From Neoconidiobolus thromboides FSU 785 (Eukaryota; Fungi; Entomophthoromycota), in assembly GCA_025603075.1 (NCBI GenBank), contig MU626271.1, positions 62,001-126,000 of the forward strand: DNA of 64,000 nucleotides, in the 5' to 3' direction. The notes beneath the pieces are model-generated. The model made no database searches, was not told where the DNA came from, and saw nothing but the letters and a program-made list of their open reading frames with translations. The stretch's first letter is position 1; each line of letters opens with the position of its first letter. A program made the position numbers and the translations under genes. Shown here piece by piece: positions 11,072 through 23,246 of this stretch.

Positions 11072-13861
11072 TATATTTATTGTTTATTTACTATATTGTA
11101 ATTTATTGTTATGATCTGATATTGCTTAAATCTAAAATAAAAGGATATCAAAGTTAAGTTAATTTCTTTATAATTTCAATAATGTGTAACTTTGTTATTA
11201 TATATGTTTCTATAATTATGCCTTATTGCCTTTCCATACCGGCTTTTCTTATTCTTAAAGATATTTTGATTACCATATCTCCATATTTACATTATTTAAG
11301 ATATGGTGTCCAATCATTTCAGTTGTATCGTAATTAGATTCTAAGTTAAGACAAATTTGACAAGTTTTAATAGCAGGTGATTTAGTTACACATAACTTAT
11401 AAACTTCAGGGAGGGATTAAATTATTTTTTCATTCATAACTCGCGATTTATTCCAAAACCAATTAAAGTTGCATATTTATTAATCAATTTACTTTTATTG
11501 GCATGGGTCCGAGAATTTAGTCTACCTATTTTTCATTACGGGGTAGACTACCATTCATATCTTTTTAAAGAACCAAGTAATTTTGTATATATTTGAAAAT
11601 TTTGTTTTAAGATTCAAAAGCTTATCAATAGTTAAACTGCATTTATAATTTTTTATTCCATATAATCCTTAACCATTAACTTGGTAGGTTTGATATAAGA
11701 AATAATCATCCGCTTAAATTCCTATCATAACATTTGTATGACCTTATGGTTTGAAATAATATATTTGAAGCCATTTAGAGTATTTAGCAACTATACAGAA
11801 CATTCTACTTTTGAAATAGTGCAAAAAATGTCATATTGTTTATTTCAAATGATTCAAGTAAATAAGCTTATAGATTAATTTGGGAATTATTCTGTAGCAT
11901 ATATCAAGTTTTATACTTTAATATAAATCTATTTAATCAAAAACTATTGATTTATTTTAAGAATAACAAAATGTTATCATTTATCTAACATTGCTATTAT
12001 TTGCTTCTATACTTCACTTTACAAAACTTCTACTTTTTCTTTTAATTTCCGTCGTTATTATCATTAGCAGCTTTTTGACTTTTATTAATATTATTTTAAA
12101 TTATTCTCAAAACAAAAGATAATTCTTACTAATGCTTGATAACAACTTTAAGCGAATCCTCATTTTATAAAACATGAGTTGTACCTTTGGCCTAGTACAT
12201 GTTTTAGAATAAGCATGGGTTGTACAGCATTTAAATGGTATTTTGGTTATTTAAAAAGGTTCTATTTGTTGAAAATTTTCCAAGTAAACCTATTAATTTT
12301 AGCTTTATTTTATTTTATTTTACTTTGTTTTATTTTATATTGATATTAATAATAAGCAAAAATAGATAAAGATAGAATAAATGATTTAAACTTAAAGTAT
12401 CCATATTTATAAAACTAAGGTAATCGGCTTTTATAAATATGTTAAATTCCAAACATTTTATAAGGGTGAGAAACTATCATTATTATAGCAAAGTTAATTT
12501 GCCATTTACATAAATTGTATTTCCATCATCACTTTGTACTTCATATGCTTTTAAAGGCAACAAGAAACTATCATTAACAATTAATTTGTGAAAAAAATAT
12601 TAAAAATATTAAAAAATATGCTTATGGTGTAGATGATGTAAATTTATATAGATTTATTAATAGCTGAAAACCGGTAAATGTTCTCTAATATAAATTTATA
12701 ACATTTTCATTAAAATAACTATTAATGTAAAAAAATCTAAAAGGTTAATATTTTTATTTAAAATAAACGCAGATAAGCGGTATTGATTTTAAGTAATAAT
12801 AATATAATTCAAGAAGATGTTTAATAAATAAGAGCCTTTATATTAATAATACATCATGAAATTCGTAAATTTACAAAATTATAAAATAATATGTATTCAA
12901 TAGTAAAAGTTCATAAAATTCTTATATATATCTTTAATAGATTTTAATGAGATTTTAATTTATACATTTAGATTTTGTAACGATGGTTTTTTTAAGCTAG
13001 ATCTTAAATATTATATAGATAAATAATTTAAGTAATATTTAAATTAACAACATACCATAAAGCTTAATAAGAAGGTGTAATAATAGTTAGTATAAAATGC
13101 AGATATAAAAGTGTACTGGGAGTTATATAAAGATTTATGAAAGATTATAATTGCAAAAAGTAGAAAGAAAAAAGTCAATTAAAACTTGTGATCAATTTAC
13201 AAATAATCCAATAACATTTTTACGATTTACTTTCATTGAAATTACTATATTATAGTACTTAAAGCAGATATAAGTACAAAAAAAATCAAATATTTAATAA
13301 GCTATTAACGCTTTACTAAACTTGATAGTTAAAACTTATTCAAAATTCAATTTCCTTGCTAATAAAAAAATAATTTATACAGTCTTTAAAGCTTGAGCTG
13401 TTTTTAGATTAGTCTTTATCCTTGTTTTGAAAATAGTCAAAAACACAGAAAAAGAGCTAAAAAAGACTAATACTAATATAATATAATTAACAAATTTCAC
13501 ACACATATATTTATTAAAAAGTTACACTAAAATAAAAATAACTAAAAGTCTTTAAGAATCAATCTAATTTTCTAAAAAATGTTTAGAAACCAGTCTTTGA
13601 TACTTTATATTGTTTTGATATTAATAAAGGTTCTATTTTATAATAATTTTAATCAGTATAAATCATAAGAATTATATTAAATCGTTCATAAAGTGATTAT
13701 AGCTTTAGTTAATCTCTTTTCATCTTTCGGATTTATACACTTTCACAAATGTTTATATAATTCCAGCATACATGCAATTATTTTTCTATAAAAGCTAAAT
13801 TTTTAGGGAAGTCTAATAAAACTGAAATTTAATGATATAGCAAAAAAGTTAACTATAAAAT

Positions 13862-13959
13862 GGGGATGTATTTTTGTGTTTAAGAATTTCACAAATAATT
13901 TTTCCACTCAAACAGTACTTAAAAGATAGAAAAAATAATGAAGTCAAAAAAACACCCCC
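13862..13959 (+). mobile_element. MITE copy
   Basis: GGGGATG...CACCCCC, flanked AAAT/AAAT. Confidence 0.88.
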
Positions 13960-14664
13960 AAATCTCGTTTTTTAATAAAATTCTATTAATTGTCTAAATT
14001 CTTAATTGTTAAATTCAATGTTTTATCTATAAGTTATCTAGTGCTACCCTTTTTGTTTTTTAGGTGAATAGATAATATACAAGGACATACAATTAGAACT
14101 ATTTAGTGTAAACTTACAGCTTGGGCTAGTCTGGATTCATATTCGAAAAACATTTAATTAGATTTAATCCAAATGTAAACTAAAAATAACATTAAAATAA
14201 TCAAAATATTAAAACAAAATAATTTATCAGCTATATTATTACATAAAAGTATGTAGCATAATAAAAAAGTATCTGAAGCCTCGTAAAATATTTGAATGAA
14301 CACCATTGACCATTCCATCGAATAAAATAGTATTTTGATTTATTCATAAATGCTATTTTATGTATTTCCTTATTATAGACACTGTTCCTTGTAAAAATTT
14401 AATGAATATTATTAATAGTGATCCGCATCAGTGTATTCGGTGGTATTTTTTCTACAAATGACTAGTATATAATTACTTTAGCTCCAAATTACACCGAAAT
14501 AAAGTGTTCCAATTTGATTAATCTTTCCAAGTAATCAAAACTTCGATAAATGTGAATAAAGAATTCCATTCAGTCAGAACATGCTACTAGAAATTCAATT
14601 TAAATGAGAGTATAAAAAGAACAAGTATAGAATCAACATGCATAGTTTTCTATAAAAAAAACAT

Positions 14665-16017
14665 ATGTCTAGAATGAAGGATATTGCAGCCAGTGAAAAT
14701 CTATCAACAATGGATCGAAAGAAAGATATAGAATTAGCAATAGATTCTAATACCACATTTAAAGAAACAAACAAAGATATTCTAGACGGAAATATAGAAA
14801 AAGACTCCCAATTGGATGGTATTCAAGGATGGATCGTAGTAACCGCTAGTTTTTTCAATTTATTCGTAGTATTGGGCGTTGTTTACAGCTCCGGAGTATT
14901 TATCAAATATTATGCTGATGAGCTATTCAAAAATGAAGCATCCTTATCTACGCTAAGTTTCATTGGAACTTTAAGTACTTCGCTCAACACTTTGTTAGCT
15001 ATATTTACTGGAAGATTAGCAGATAAAATAGGTTATCGTAACTCTGCCCTTATTGGTTCAGTTATTTATTCATTAGGATTACTGCTAGCTTCCTTTAGTA
15101 CTGAGGTTTGGCACTTGTTTTTAACACAAGGGGTTATGGTGGGTATTGGTGGGTCTGTTGCTTTTTTACCAGCTATAAGCGCTCCCTCTCAATGGTTTAA
15201 TAAACATATTGGTTTAGCCACTGGTATTTCAGTAGCTGGTTCGGGGATTGGTGGTTTAGCATTAAGTCCGATTACACAATATGTTTTAAATAAATCAGGG
15301 TTTAGATGGGCACTTCGGGTACAGGCAATCATTGCTATTATCATCTTAACAACCACTGCCTTTTTTTTAAAAGAAAGAGTCAAAGTCACAAAGAAGAATT
15401 CTTGGTTTGATTTTTCAAAATTCAAAGATCGTAAATTCCTTGCGATTTTTTTCGGTGGGTTTGTCAGCTCTTTTGGCTACCTTGTACCATTCTTGCTTAT
15501 GAATAAATACGCCCAATCCATTGACCTTTCTGATGACCAAGGTGCTATCTTAGTCGGGTTACTAAACGGGGGATCGGCTATTGGAAGGGTTGCATTAGGT
15601 AGTTTAGGGGATCGTTTTGGTAGAATTAATATCCTTATTCTTTGCCTTACCCTTACATCATTTTTCTGTTTTTTCATTTGGACATTCTCGTATACTTTTG
15701 GCATATTAGCACTTTTTAATGTTTTATATGGTATAGCTGCAGGAGGTATTATTTCAATGTCGCCTGTAGTTGTAGTACAATTATTTGGCATTGAAGGTAT
15801 TGCAAGTATCAATGGGTTACTTTATTTTGCTTCTGGAGTCCCTAGCTTAATTGGTACTCCTATTGCATCCGCTATATTAACCGCTTCAAGTTATAGATTA
15901 CCTAAACCTAATTATATCCCTGTTATAATGTATGCAGCTACCTCGGCTTTATTAGGATCTTTGATTTTCTTTAGCCTCAAACTTATGGTTAACAGAAAGA
16001 TATTTGTACGGATATAG
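14665..16017 (+). CDS. Monocarboxylate-porter (MCT/Mch-like) MFS transporter, paralog 1
   Basis: DGIQGWIVVTASF, GRLADKIGYR, APSQWFNKHIGLATGISVAGSGIGG and GRVALGSLGDRFGR. Confidence 0.92.
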   Translation: MSRMKDIAASENLSTMDRKKDIELAIDSNTTFKETNKDILDGNIEKDSQLDGIQGWIVVTASFFNLFVVLGVVYSSGVFIKYYADELFKNEASLSTLSFIGTLSTSLNTLLAIFTGRLADKIGYRNSALIGSVIYSLGLLLASFSTEVWHLFLTQGVMVGIGGSVAFLPAISAPSQWFNKHIGLATGISVAGSGIGGLALSPITQYVLNKSGFRWALRVQAIIAIIILTTTAFFLKERVKVTKKNSWFDFSKFKDRKFLAIFFGGFVSSFGYLVPFLLMNKYAQSIDLSDDQGAILVGLLNGGSAIGRVALGSLGDRFGRINILILCLTLTSFFCFFIWTFSYTFGILALFNVLYGIAAGGIISMSPVVVVQLFGIEGIASINGLLYFASGVPSLIGTPIASAILTASSYRLPKPNYIPVIMYAATSALLGSLIFFSLKLMVNRKIFVRI

Positions 16018-16700
16018 CCTAAATTATACTGCGATGTTTTTGAAATTTATAAAAGTTAGTAAAATTATCTATAGCATAAATGTCAAAATAAAATGTAAGT
16101 TATAATATTTTTGAGTTTGTACTGTGATTTTAAATCATTTTCTCAGTAGTTTTTAAAACCATAATTGAAAATGATGTGTTAGTAAAAATTTAACTCTATG
16201 GTATAATACTAAAAATCATCATGGTTTAAAGATATCCTAAGTTCAAAGATTAAATTAAATTAAACAGCTTTAGTTGAATATCTGAATAAAACAACTTTGA
16301 TAGCTTTATATCAAATTATATTGAAAATTTATAACTTTATAAATCTCCAGTTTTAATCATTTGATCTCGGAGCGCCAGACTCAATAGTCCTACACGTTTT
16401 TTTTAATTGATTATAATTTGAATATTTTTATAATAAAAAATAGCCAACAATCAATGTTGCTTCCAAATTATATTCTATTTTCAGGGTTCCTTTAATTGGC
16501 AAGCTCATATTTATAATAAAGTAGGATCCAAAGTCTTGGGTAATTAGGAAATTAAATAACGTCAATCTGGAACCGAGCCAAAAATGGAAAGCAATTCATT
16601 TTTAATGTAAGAATAAAAATAATTAAGAAGTAAGTGAAAAATAGAAATAATAGAATATTAAGATATCAAAATCATTTTTTTACAAAAAATAATATTTAAA

Positions 16701-18114
16701 ATGAAAGACACAAACGAAATAGTATTTAATACCGGCTGTAGTGATGGCGGGATACATCTTTATTCAACAAAGACAGTGACTTTAAAAATTATAAAGTATA
16801 TGCAACTATTAGAGATATTAATAAGATGAATGATTTAAACGGTACCTAAGTTTATTCTAATACGAAATTACTCCAAACGTAGTCTTACCAAGTAAAAAAT
16901 TAACGAATGAACTCCAAAATATTCATGTAAATTGGTGGATTTAGATGTAATACAGGAGGAGAGGATCAAAAATGTAATCAAGGAAGTTATAGAGGCTAAA
17001 GGGAAAATCAATATGTTAATAACATTGATGTACAAGGTTGGGAGCCACTCATTGAATTGGGGTCCACCAACGTCAATAAATTGTTTGTAATTAACGCATT
17101 TGAAGTTTTAAATCTTACTCAAGCCATGAAATCTCATATGGTAAGTTAAAGTCCATATGGGGATGTATTTTTGTGTTTAAGAATTTTACCAACAAAATTT
17201 CCGCTTAAATGGCGCTTAGAAAATGGAAAAAATGATGAAGTCAAAAAAAACACTCTCATATACTGATATCAAGCCTTTTGCCATTACTCTCGCAATTAGA
17301 CAAACAACAAAAATGGGTATATGGCTAATATTGATTCTATGGCTGGTCGTATCATAGCTTAGTTTGGTGGCGTCTATGGGGCTACCAAGTCGACGATCCA
17401 TACTTTATCAGAAGCATTGAGATTATAATTGGCATCATTTAATGTTGATGTTCTAACTATTAAGTCAGGGCAATAAACTATTTTTTATTTAGTAAGTTGT
17501 TAAATAGTTATTTAAAGCTGTAAGGCCAAATGTCACTGCCGATAGTTTGGTTTATAGAGAAAAAAAGAACGGCTCATTTTATGACTCTATCTATAGTTAT
17601 ATATTCGAATGTACTGGTTATTCACGAGGTAAGAATCATTTTGAAATAAGAGTAGCATAAATTAATCGATTCTTTTCCAACTCATTCACCTGTCCCTACC
17701 GAAGTCTTTATTAACCATGTAATTTGTTTTGAATCTAAGAAAAATTTTACTTTGATCCTTTTGGTGTTATTATCTCAGCCTTAGCCTATCTCCTTGGTTT
17801 ATTAATTCCTAGTTTAGAACTTAGCTTGTCTTACTTTAATGATTACAGGCAACTTTATTGCTCGATACTGGTAGTAGGTATGAATTTTGAGTATATTTGA
17901 ATTAACCATATAACAACATATGAATTTTTTAGGTGGAGTTATTTGGCTGTATTATGCTAGTATAATTATGCTTCAATTTATAATGGACTGTTTGTATTGA
18001 TCGTTATTTGGGTTGGGTTAGCTCACTTATGCTTTGGATTATAGAAGAGATAATAAGGAACCTTGGGATAGTTAGAGGGCTACTGTTACAGAAGATGATA
18101 AGAAAAGTGCTTGA
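16701..18114 (+). pseudogene. Pseudogene copy of the AYR1-like SDR at 43382-44723
   Basis: Colinear with the intact gene from ATGAAAGA to GTTACAGAAGATGA. It has frameshifts, in-frame stops TAG 17360 and TAA 17426, and a MITE inserted in the intron after PHM. Confidence 0.88.
17159..17257 (+). mobile_element. MITE copy inside an intron of the SDR pseudogene
   Basis: GGGGATG...CACTCTC, flanked ATAT/ATAT. Confidence 0.88.
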
Positions 18115-18985
18115 TTTTTTACTTTTGAACAAAAGATTGTTGAATAAAAGCATTAGTTGTGAATCGTATCAATGATTTAATAGTTATTTGATAAATCTAT
18201 AAAATATTTAGTGAAAGAAATACTAACGTATCAAATAAACACTTTTTAATTATTAAAACAAGATTAGACCAAACACTTTAGATTGATATAGAATAAAATA
18301 AAACACATACATGATAAGGATACATAGTATATTTAATATTTAATTTTCTATTTTTGTATTGCTTAAAAGTTCGACTGTTTAATGAAATGGCTTACATCTT
18401 AAGATCATTGCCAAAATTAAACTTAATGTGTGCTGTCTAACAAAATAGCTAGCTATTTTAGTTTTTAGCTCTATAGTTTTTTTATTTGTATTAATATGCA
18501 AAAACGTCAGGGTAAACGACTATTAGGGTAAAAGCTATAATCGGATATTTGTTTAACCTACCAAAAAATAAACTCAATTGGTTATTTTTATCGCGGGATT
18601 ATTTTTAGTTTTAAGCCGAAAAAATAGAACAAATTATCAAAATCATTGAATTCATTTGCAATAAAATCCCGATAAAGACAATATTCGAGTATTTCATACT
18701 TAAATAAATTTGTTTACTTTTTAATACTAAATTTAAAAAAAATACTCTTATCTGAATTTTCAAAAAAAACATTGAACTTTTTTGATACATGACCATTGAT
18801 CCATTAATAATACAAACTACGCACTTAATAATAATAGTAACTTTACCCTTAATTTCGCTCAGTGGAACTCCGCCTTTTAAGCATCTAAGCTTCTTATTCT
18901 CTGTAATAGCCAAACCTTGATAATCAACAAAAGCAACAATAATATCATATTATTTATGTACATTATCATCCATAATTACTATTCC

Positions 18986-19042
18986 AATTTAAACATCATC
19001 TTATAGCTACAACTTTACTAACTATAAGATGATGTTTAAATT
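18986..19042. repeat. Perfect 21-bp inverted repeat with 15-nt spacer
   Basis: AATTTAAACATCATCTTATAG (18986-19006) pairs with CTATAAGATGATGTTTAAATT (19022-19042). Confidence 0.9.
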
Positions 19043-19651
19043 ATAGCTTTAATAAAAGTTGAATTTTTTTTATTACTTCATTTTCCAATTATGTGATTTA
19101 ATATTAACTTTAGTTTCACAATCAATCTATTTTCTCTAAGCACAAGCTGTAATTCTAGGAATTCAGTGGTTACTTACACTGTAAAATAACAAAATAGCAA
19201 TTTAGCCAATATTACTAGAATAGTTTAAACGTGACCTAACTTTTTATTTTGTTACTTTTCTTATTTTAACTTTCATATTACAGTACTGTTTATGATACTT
19301 GTTTGATTTTTAAATGGGAAACATAATAATTTAAAAAGTTAACTTACACTTAAATTATTTCAATAGCATCACTTTTTAGAAGTTATGGAAATAAACTTTA
19401 AACCCTGTAAAATCTACAGTTGATTGGTTCAATAATTAATTTTTCCATAATTTATTAAAAGTTTGGTGCAACTAAGTTATGTGATTCAAAAAAATTATTC
19501 ACTGCGCAAGCTAAAATTTTTCAATTCAGATATAAACTTCAACAGTTCAACTTGTATTTCAATTTTAAAAATTAAAAAGCTAATTAGCTTCAATTTAACA
19601 ACTATTCAGGAACCAACAACTATCAATAACCTTCTCAATTATCCAAAAAAG

Positions 19652-22600
19652 ATGAATCCAGCTATTTCTGAACCTTCGACAAGTATCACAAAACAAATAG
19701 AAATTTCAACCGACATTACTTCTAAATTTACTTTAAACCCCAACGCTTCTGTATTTAAAAGTAATTTTAAAGTTAAAAAACAATCCAGCAAAGGTTTAGA
19801 TAATGATAACAACACAGCTTCAACTTCGGATAATAAGCATAAATCAAAAAAGAGAACTCAAAGGAAAAAACCAGGTTTAAGGGCTTTAAGCCAAGAGCGT
19901 CAATTAGATAAAAGTAATGAATCCAATAGGGATAATATCAATGGGTCTCAATTTGACAAAAAATCAATAATGAGTGATAAACCAAAGCGAACACATCCCA
20001 AGAAAATCAACAAAAAGCAAGATAGTAATGTAAATACAAAAAGAGTGAATGAGTCGAGTCCTGAAACTTCTCAATCCTCATCTAAGTCAAAAACCAAGAG
20101 TTCTAAAAACACAAGCACTCGACAAAAGAAAGAAAGAAATGATCAAAGTAAACGTAAACAACCTAAAGAGTTAAAAGTGGATCAAGATTTACGTAGTAAA
20201 TTAATTAATGAGTTAAGTAATAACACCTATGAATGTATGGTATGTTGGGATAATGTTAAAAATAAACATCAAATATGGTCTTGTAAATCATGTTATGCCA
20301 TCTTTCATTTGTCATGTATTAAAAAATGGTCTAAAGTTGGGGATAAACGTAAGTTGTTTAAGTTCCTTCTTCCTTTTATATCCATTTAAAATTAATTGAT
20401 TTTTAGAATCGGAAAATTCAATTAATCCATTTGAATGGCGTTGTCCAGGGTGTCAAACCTCACAACAAGAATTACCAAAAACGTATTTATGTTTTTGTGA
20501 ACGAATTCATAATCCAGAACCTAGTAACTATATTTCTCCACATTCTTGTGGTCAAACTTGTGGAAAAAATAGAGATACTCGATGCCTCCATCCATGTGTC
20601 GAACCTTGCCATCCAGGTCCCTGTCCACCGTGTGCTGCCTTAGCTCCAACATCTTATTGTTATTGCGGAAAACTTTCATATCAAACACGATGCTTAGATA
20701 AAGAAGCGGATGGTAAATCATGTGGTGAAATTTGTGGAGAATTATTAGGATGCGGGGAACATTATTGTGAATTAACTTGTCATGAGGGAGCATGTTCTCC
20801 TTGTAAGATACCAATTTTAAGAAAATGTTATTGTGGTCAAAGGGAAAAAGAATTTAATTGCGGTACTGGTATTGGATTGGAGACTTATCTTTTAAATGAA
20901 AGTAAGACAAATATCGAATTACAACTAGGTTATTATTCATGTGATAAATTATGTAATCGATTATTAAATTGTGGTAATCATTTATGTAATAAACCATGTC
21001 ATATTCAAGATGAATTACCAGGACAATGTCATTTAGATCCAAAAATCCAATTGACTTGTCCATGTGGTAAAGAAGAAGTTAAAAGGTTAAGTAAAACAAT
21101 AAGGACTTCTTGTTTAGATCCAATACCATTATGTGGAAATGTATGTTCTAAATTATTACCATGTGGCCATAAATGTAAATCCAACTGTCATGAGGGAGAA
21201 TGTCCATCTTGCTCAACGGAAATAAAAGCTTATTGCGGATGTGGTAATATTTTTGAAATGAAATTATGTTCTGAAGATCAAACTGATATCGTATGTGATA
21301 AACCGTGTAATCAATTAAAACATTGTTTAAAACATCGATGTAACAGAATCTGTTGTGATGCTTCAAGAAAAGGAAGTGAAGATATTGAAGGATTACATAT
21401 TTGTACAACAATATGTGATAAACGATTAAAATGTGGGAATCATAAATGTCAAAGTTTATGTCATAATGGAAAATGTCCCCCTTGTATGGAAGCATCTTTT
21501 GATGATTTAACTTGTAATTGTGGAAAAACCAAAATTCAAGCGCCTGTACCATGTGGTACAAAACCTCCTAGATGTAATTATCCATGCAAAAGGATAAGAG
21601 ATTGTCAACATTCAAGTGCTTTATCACATAATTGCCATTTGGATGATCAGCCATGTCCACCATGTACTACATTAACCACCAAACTATGCAAATGTGGTAA
21701 AAAAGAATTAAAAAATATACCATGTTATAGATTAAAACCAATGTGTGGCTTACCTTGTAATAAAATGTTACCTTGTGGCGCTCATCATTGTAAACAATTA
21801 TGTCACGAGGGACCATGTTTATTAGAAGATGCATCATGTAATTTTATTTGTAATAAACCTCGACCAAATTGTGAACATCCTTGTCAAGGTATTTGCCATG
21901 CACCTTCTGTTTGTTCCAATGATATACCTTGTAATACAATAATAACAGTTAGTTGTAAATGTGGGTATTTAAAAAAAGAAAAAACATGTAATGGCATGGA
22001 TCCAACGTTACAAACTATTTTATGTAATGAACAATGCTTCATTAAACAAAGAAATGATAAATTATCTTTAGCATTAGGTGTCAATAGTAATAATAATGAA
22101 ACAATAATAGATAGTTCTATGCTATATGATCCATATATATTTGTATTTATTACACCAACACAATTAAAATGGGTACAAAACATTGAAATTAAAATTGAAG
22201 AATTCATTAAGGATGAATTAAAACGAGTCTTAAGATTTAATCCGATGAGAGATTATCAACGGAAATTTTTACATGCAATTGCATCCAATTATCAACTTCA
22301 TTCCATATCAGTAGATCAAAATCCAAGTAAGTCAGTAGAATATACAAAAACTCCATATAGTAAATTACCTAGTATAATTCCTTCTATAGCTTATAAGAAC
22401 AAAAAGAAATATATGAAAGTAGAAGAAGAAGAAATAAATGGTAATTCAATGCGACAAAAACAACCAGTTAATTGTGTATTGATTCGTAATCTATCTATGG
22501 AATCTACAATTAATTATACAATTGAAAAACATATGTCAGATGCAGGTTTAAAAATGCAATTATTTTGTTACGGGTATAATTTAATAGTTCAGCCTCAACA

Positions 22601-23081
22601 TCAGTTGACTGATATGACAAAGGTAGAGGAATTAGTGAGAAAATGTTATTATATTGTTAAAGCTAGTTTAATATCAATTAATATTGTAGCTAAAGTCAAT
22701 TTAGCTTGGATTAATTCCAATAATGAAATTATTTGGCCAAAGTTAGAAACAGCACCAATGATGAATAATAACACAATGAAAATCAATAGTAATAATTCAT
22801 TTAATATATTACAAAACAATGAAGAAATAAATGAAGGGAATTTGGAAGTTAAAGCTAAGAATAGTAATAATACATTTAATTTATTACAATGTGAAAATAA
22901 TACATTACCACCTAATTTATTTGATTCGGATGATAAAAAATCAAAATCTTCAAGAAATGTATCTCCAAGTAGATCAATTACTTCAAAAGGTACACCAGAA
23001 AGTTTAATGAATATTAATGAATCCTTATTAAGTCCTACTAAAGTTATGGAGGTTGTGGATGATTGGACCCAACTTATTTAA
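19652..23081 (+). CDS. FAP1: NFX1/Fap1 family zinc-finger protein (RING/PHD, NF-X1 repeats, R3H), one intron ~20349-20406
   Basis: YECMVCWD...WSCKSCYAIFHLSCIKKWS|...EWRCPGCQ, many CGxHxCxxxCHxGxCxxC repeats, and R3H-like FNPMRDYQRKFLHAIA. First ATG is MNPAIS at 19652. Confidence 0.93.
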
Positions 23082-23246
23082 AATTATTGTCACTATTTTA
23101 TTTTATTTTAATTTTATTTCATAGTTTTCTCAATTTATATTGAGCTTACTTTCTTAATTCCGCATGTTATATAGATCTATATTTTTTTGTAAGTTTCATT
23201 TTTTTAATAAAATTAGATAAAAAAAGAATTATTTATTTATTTCGAC

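Noticed and set aside
11100-14400. 3.3-kb ORF-free region with short inverted/direct repeats (e.g. TAGTCTACC/GGTAGACTA at 11518-11550)
   Set aside because: The stems are 9 bp or shorter, which is expected by chance, and I recognised no gene remnant or RNA gene.
18611-18960. 100-aa minus-strand ORF starting at TTG
   Set aside because: It has no ATG, flanking frames are interrupted by stops, and no motif is recognisable. It may be a gene remnant but cannot be supported.
19463-19651. ORF-track N-terminal extension of NFX1
   Set aside because: It starts at TTG in low-complexity AT-rich sequence; the ATG at 19652 is the more plausible start.
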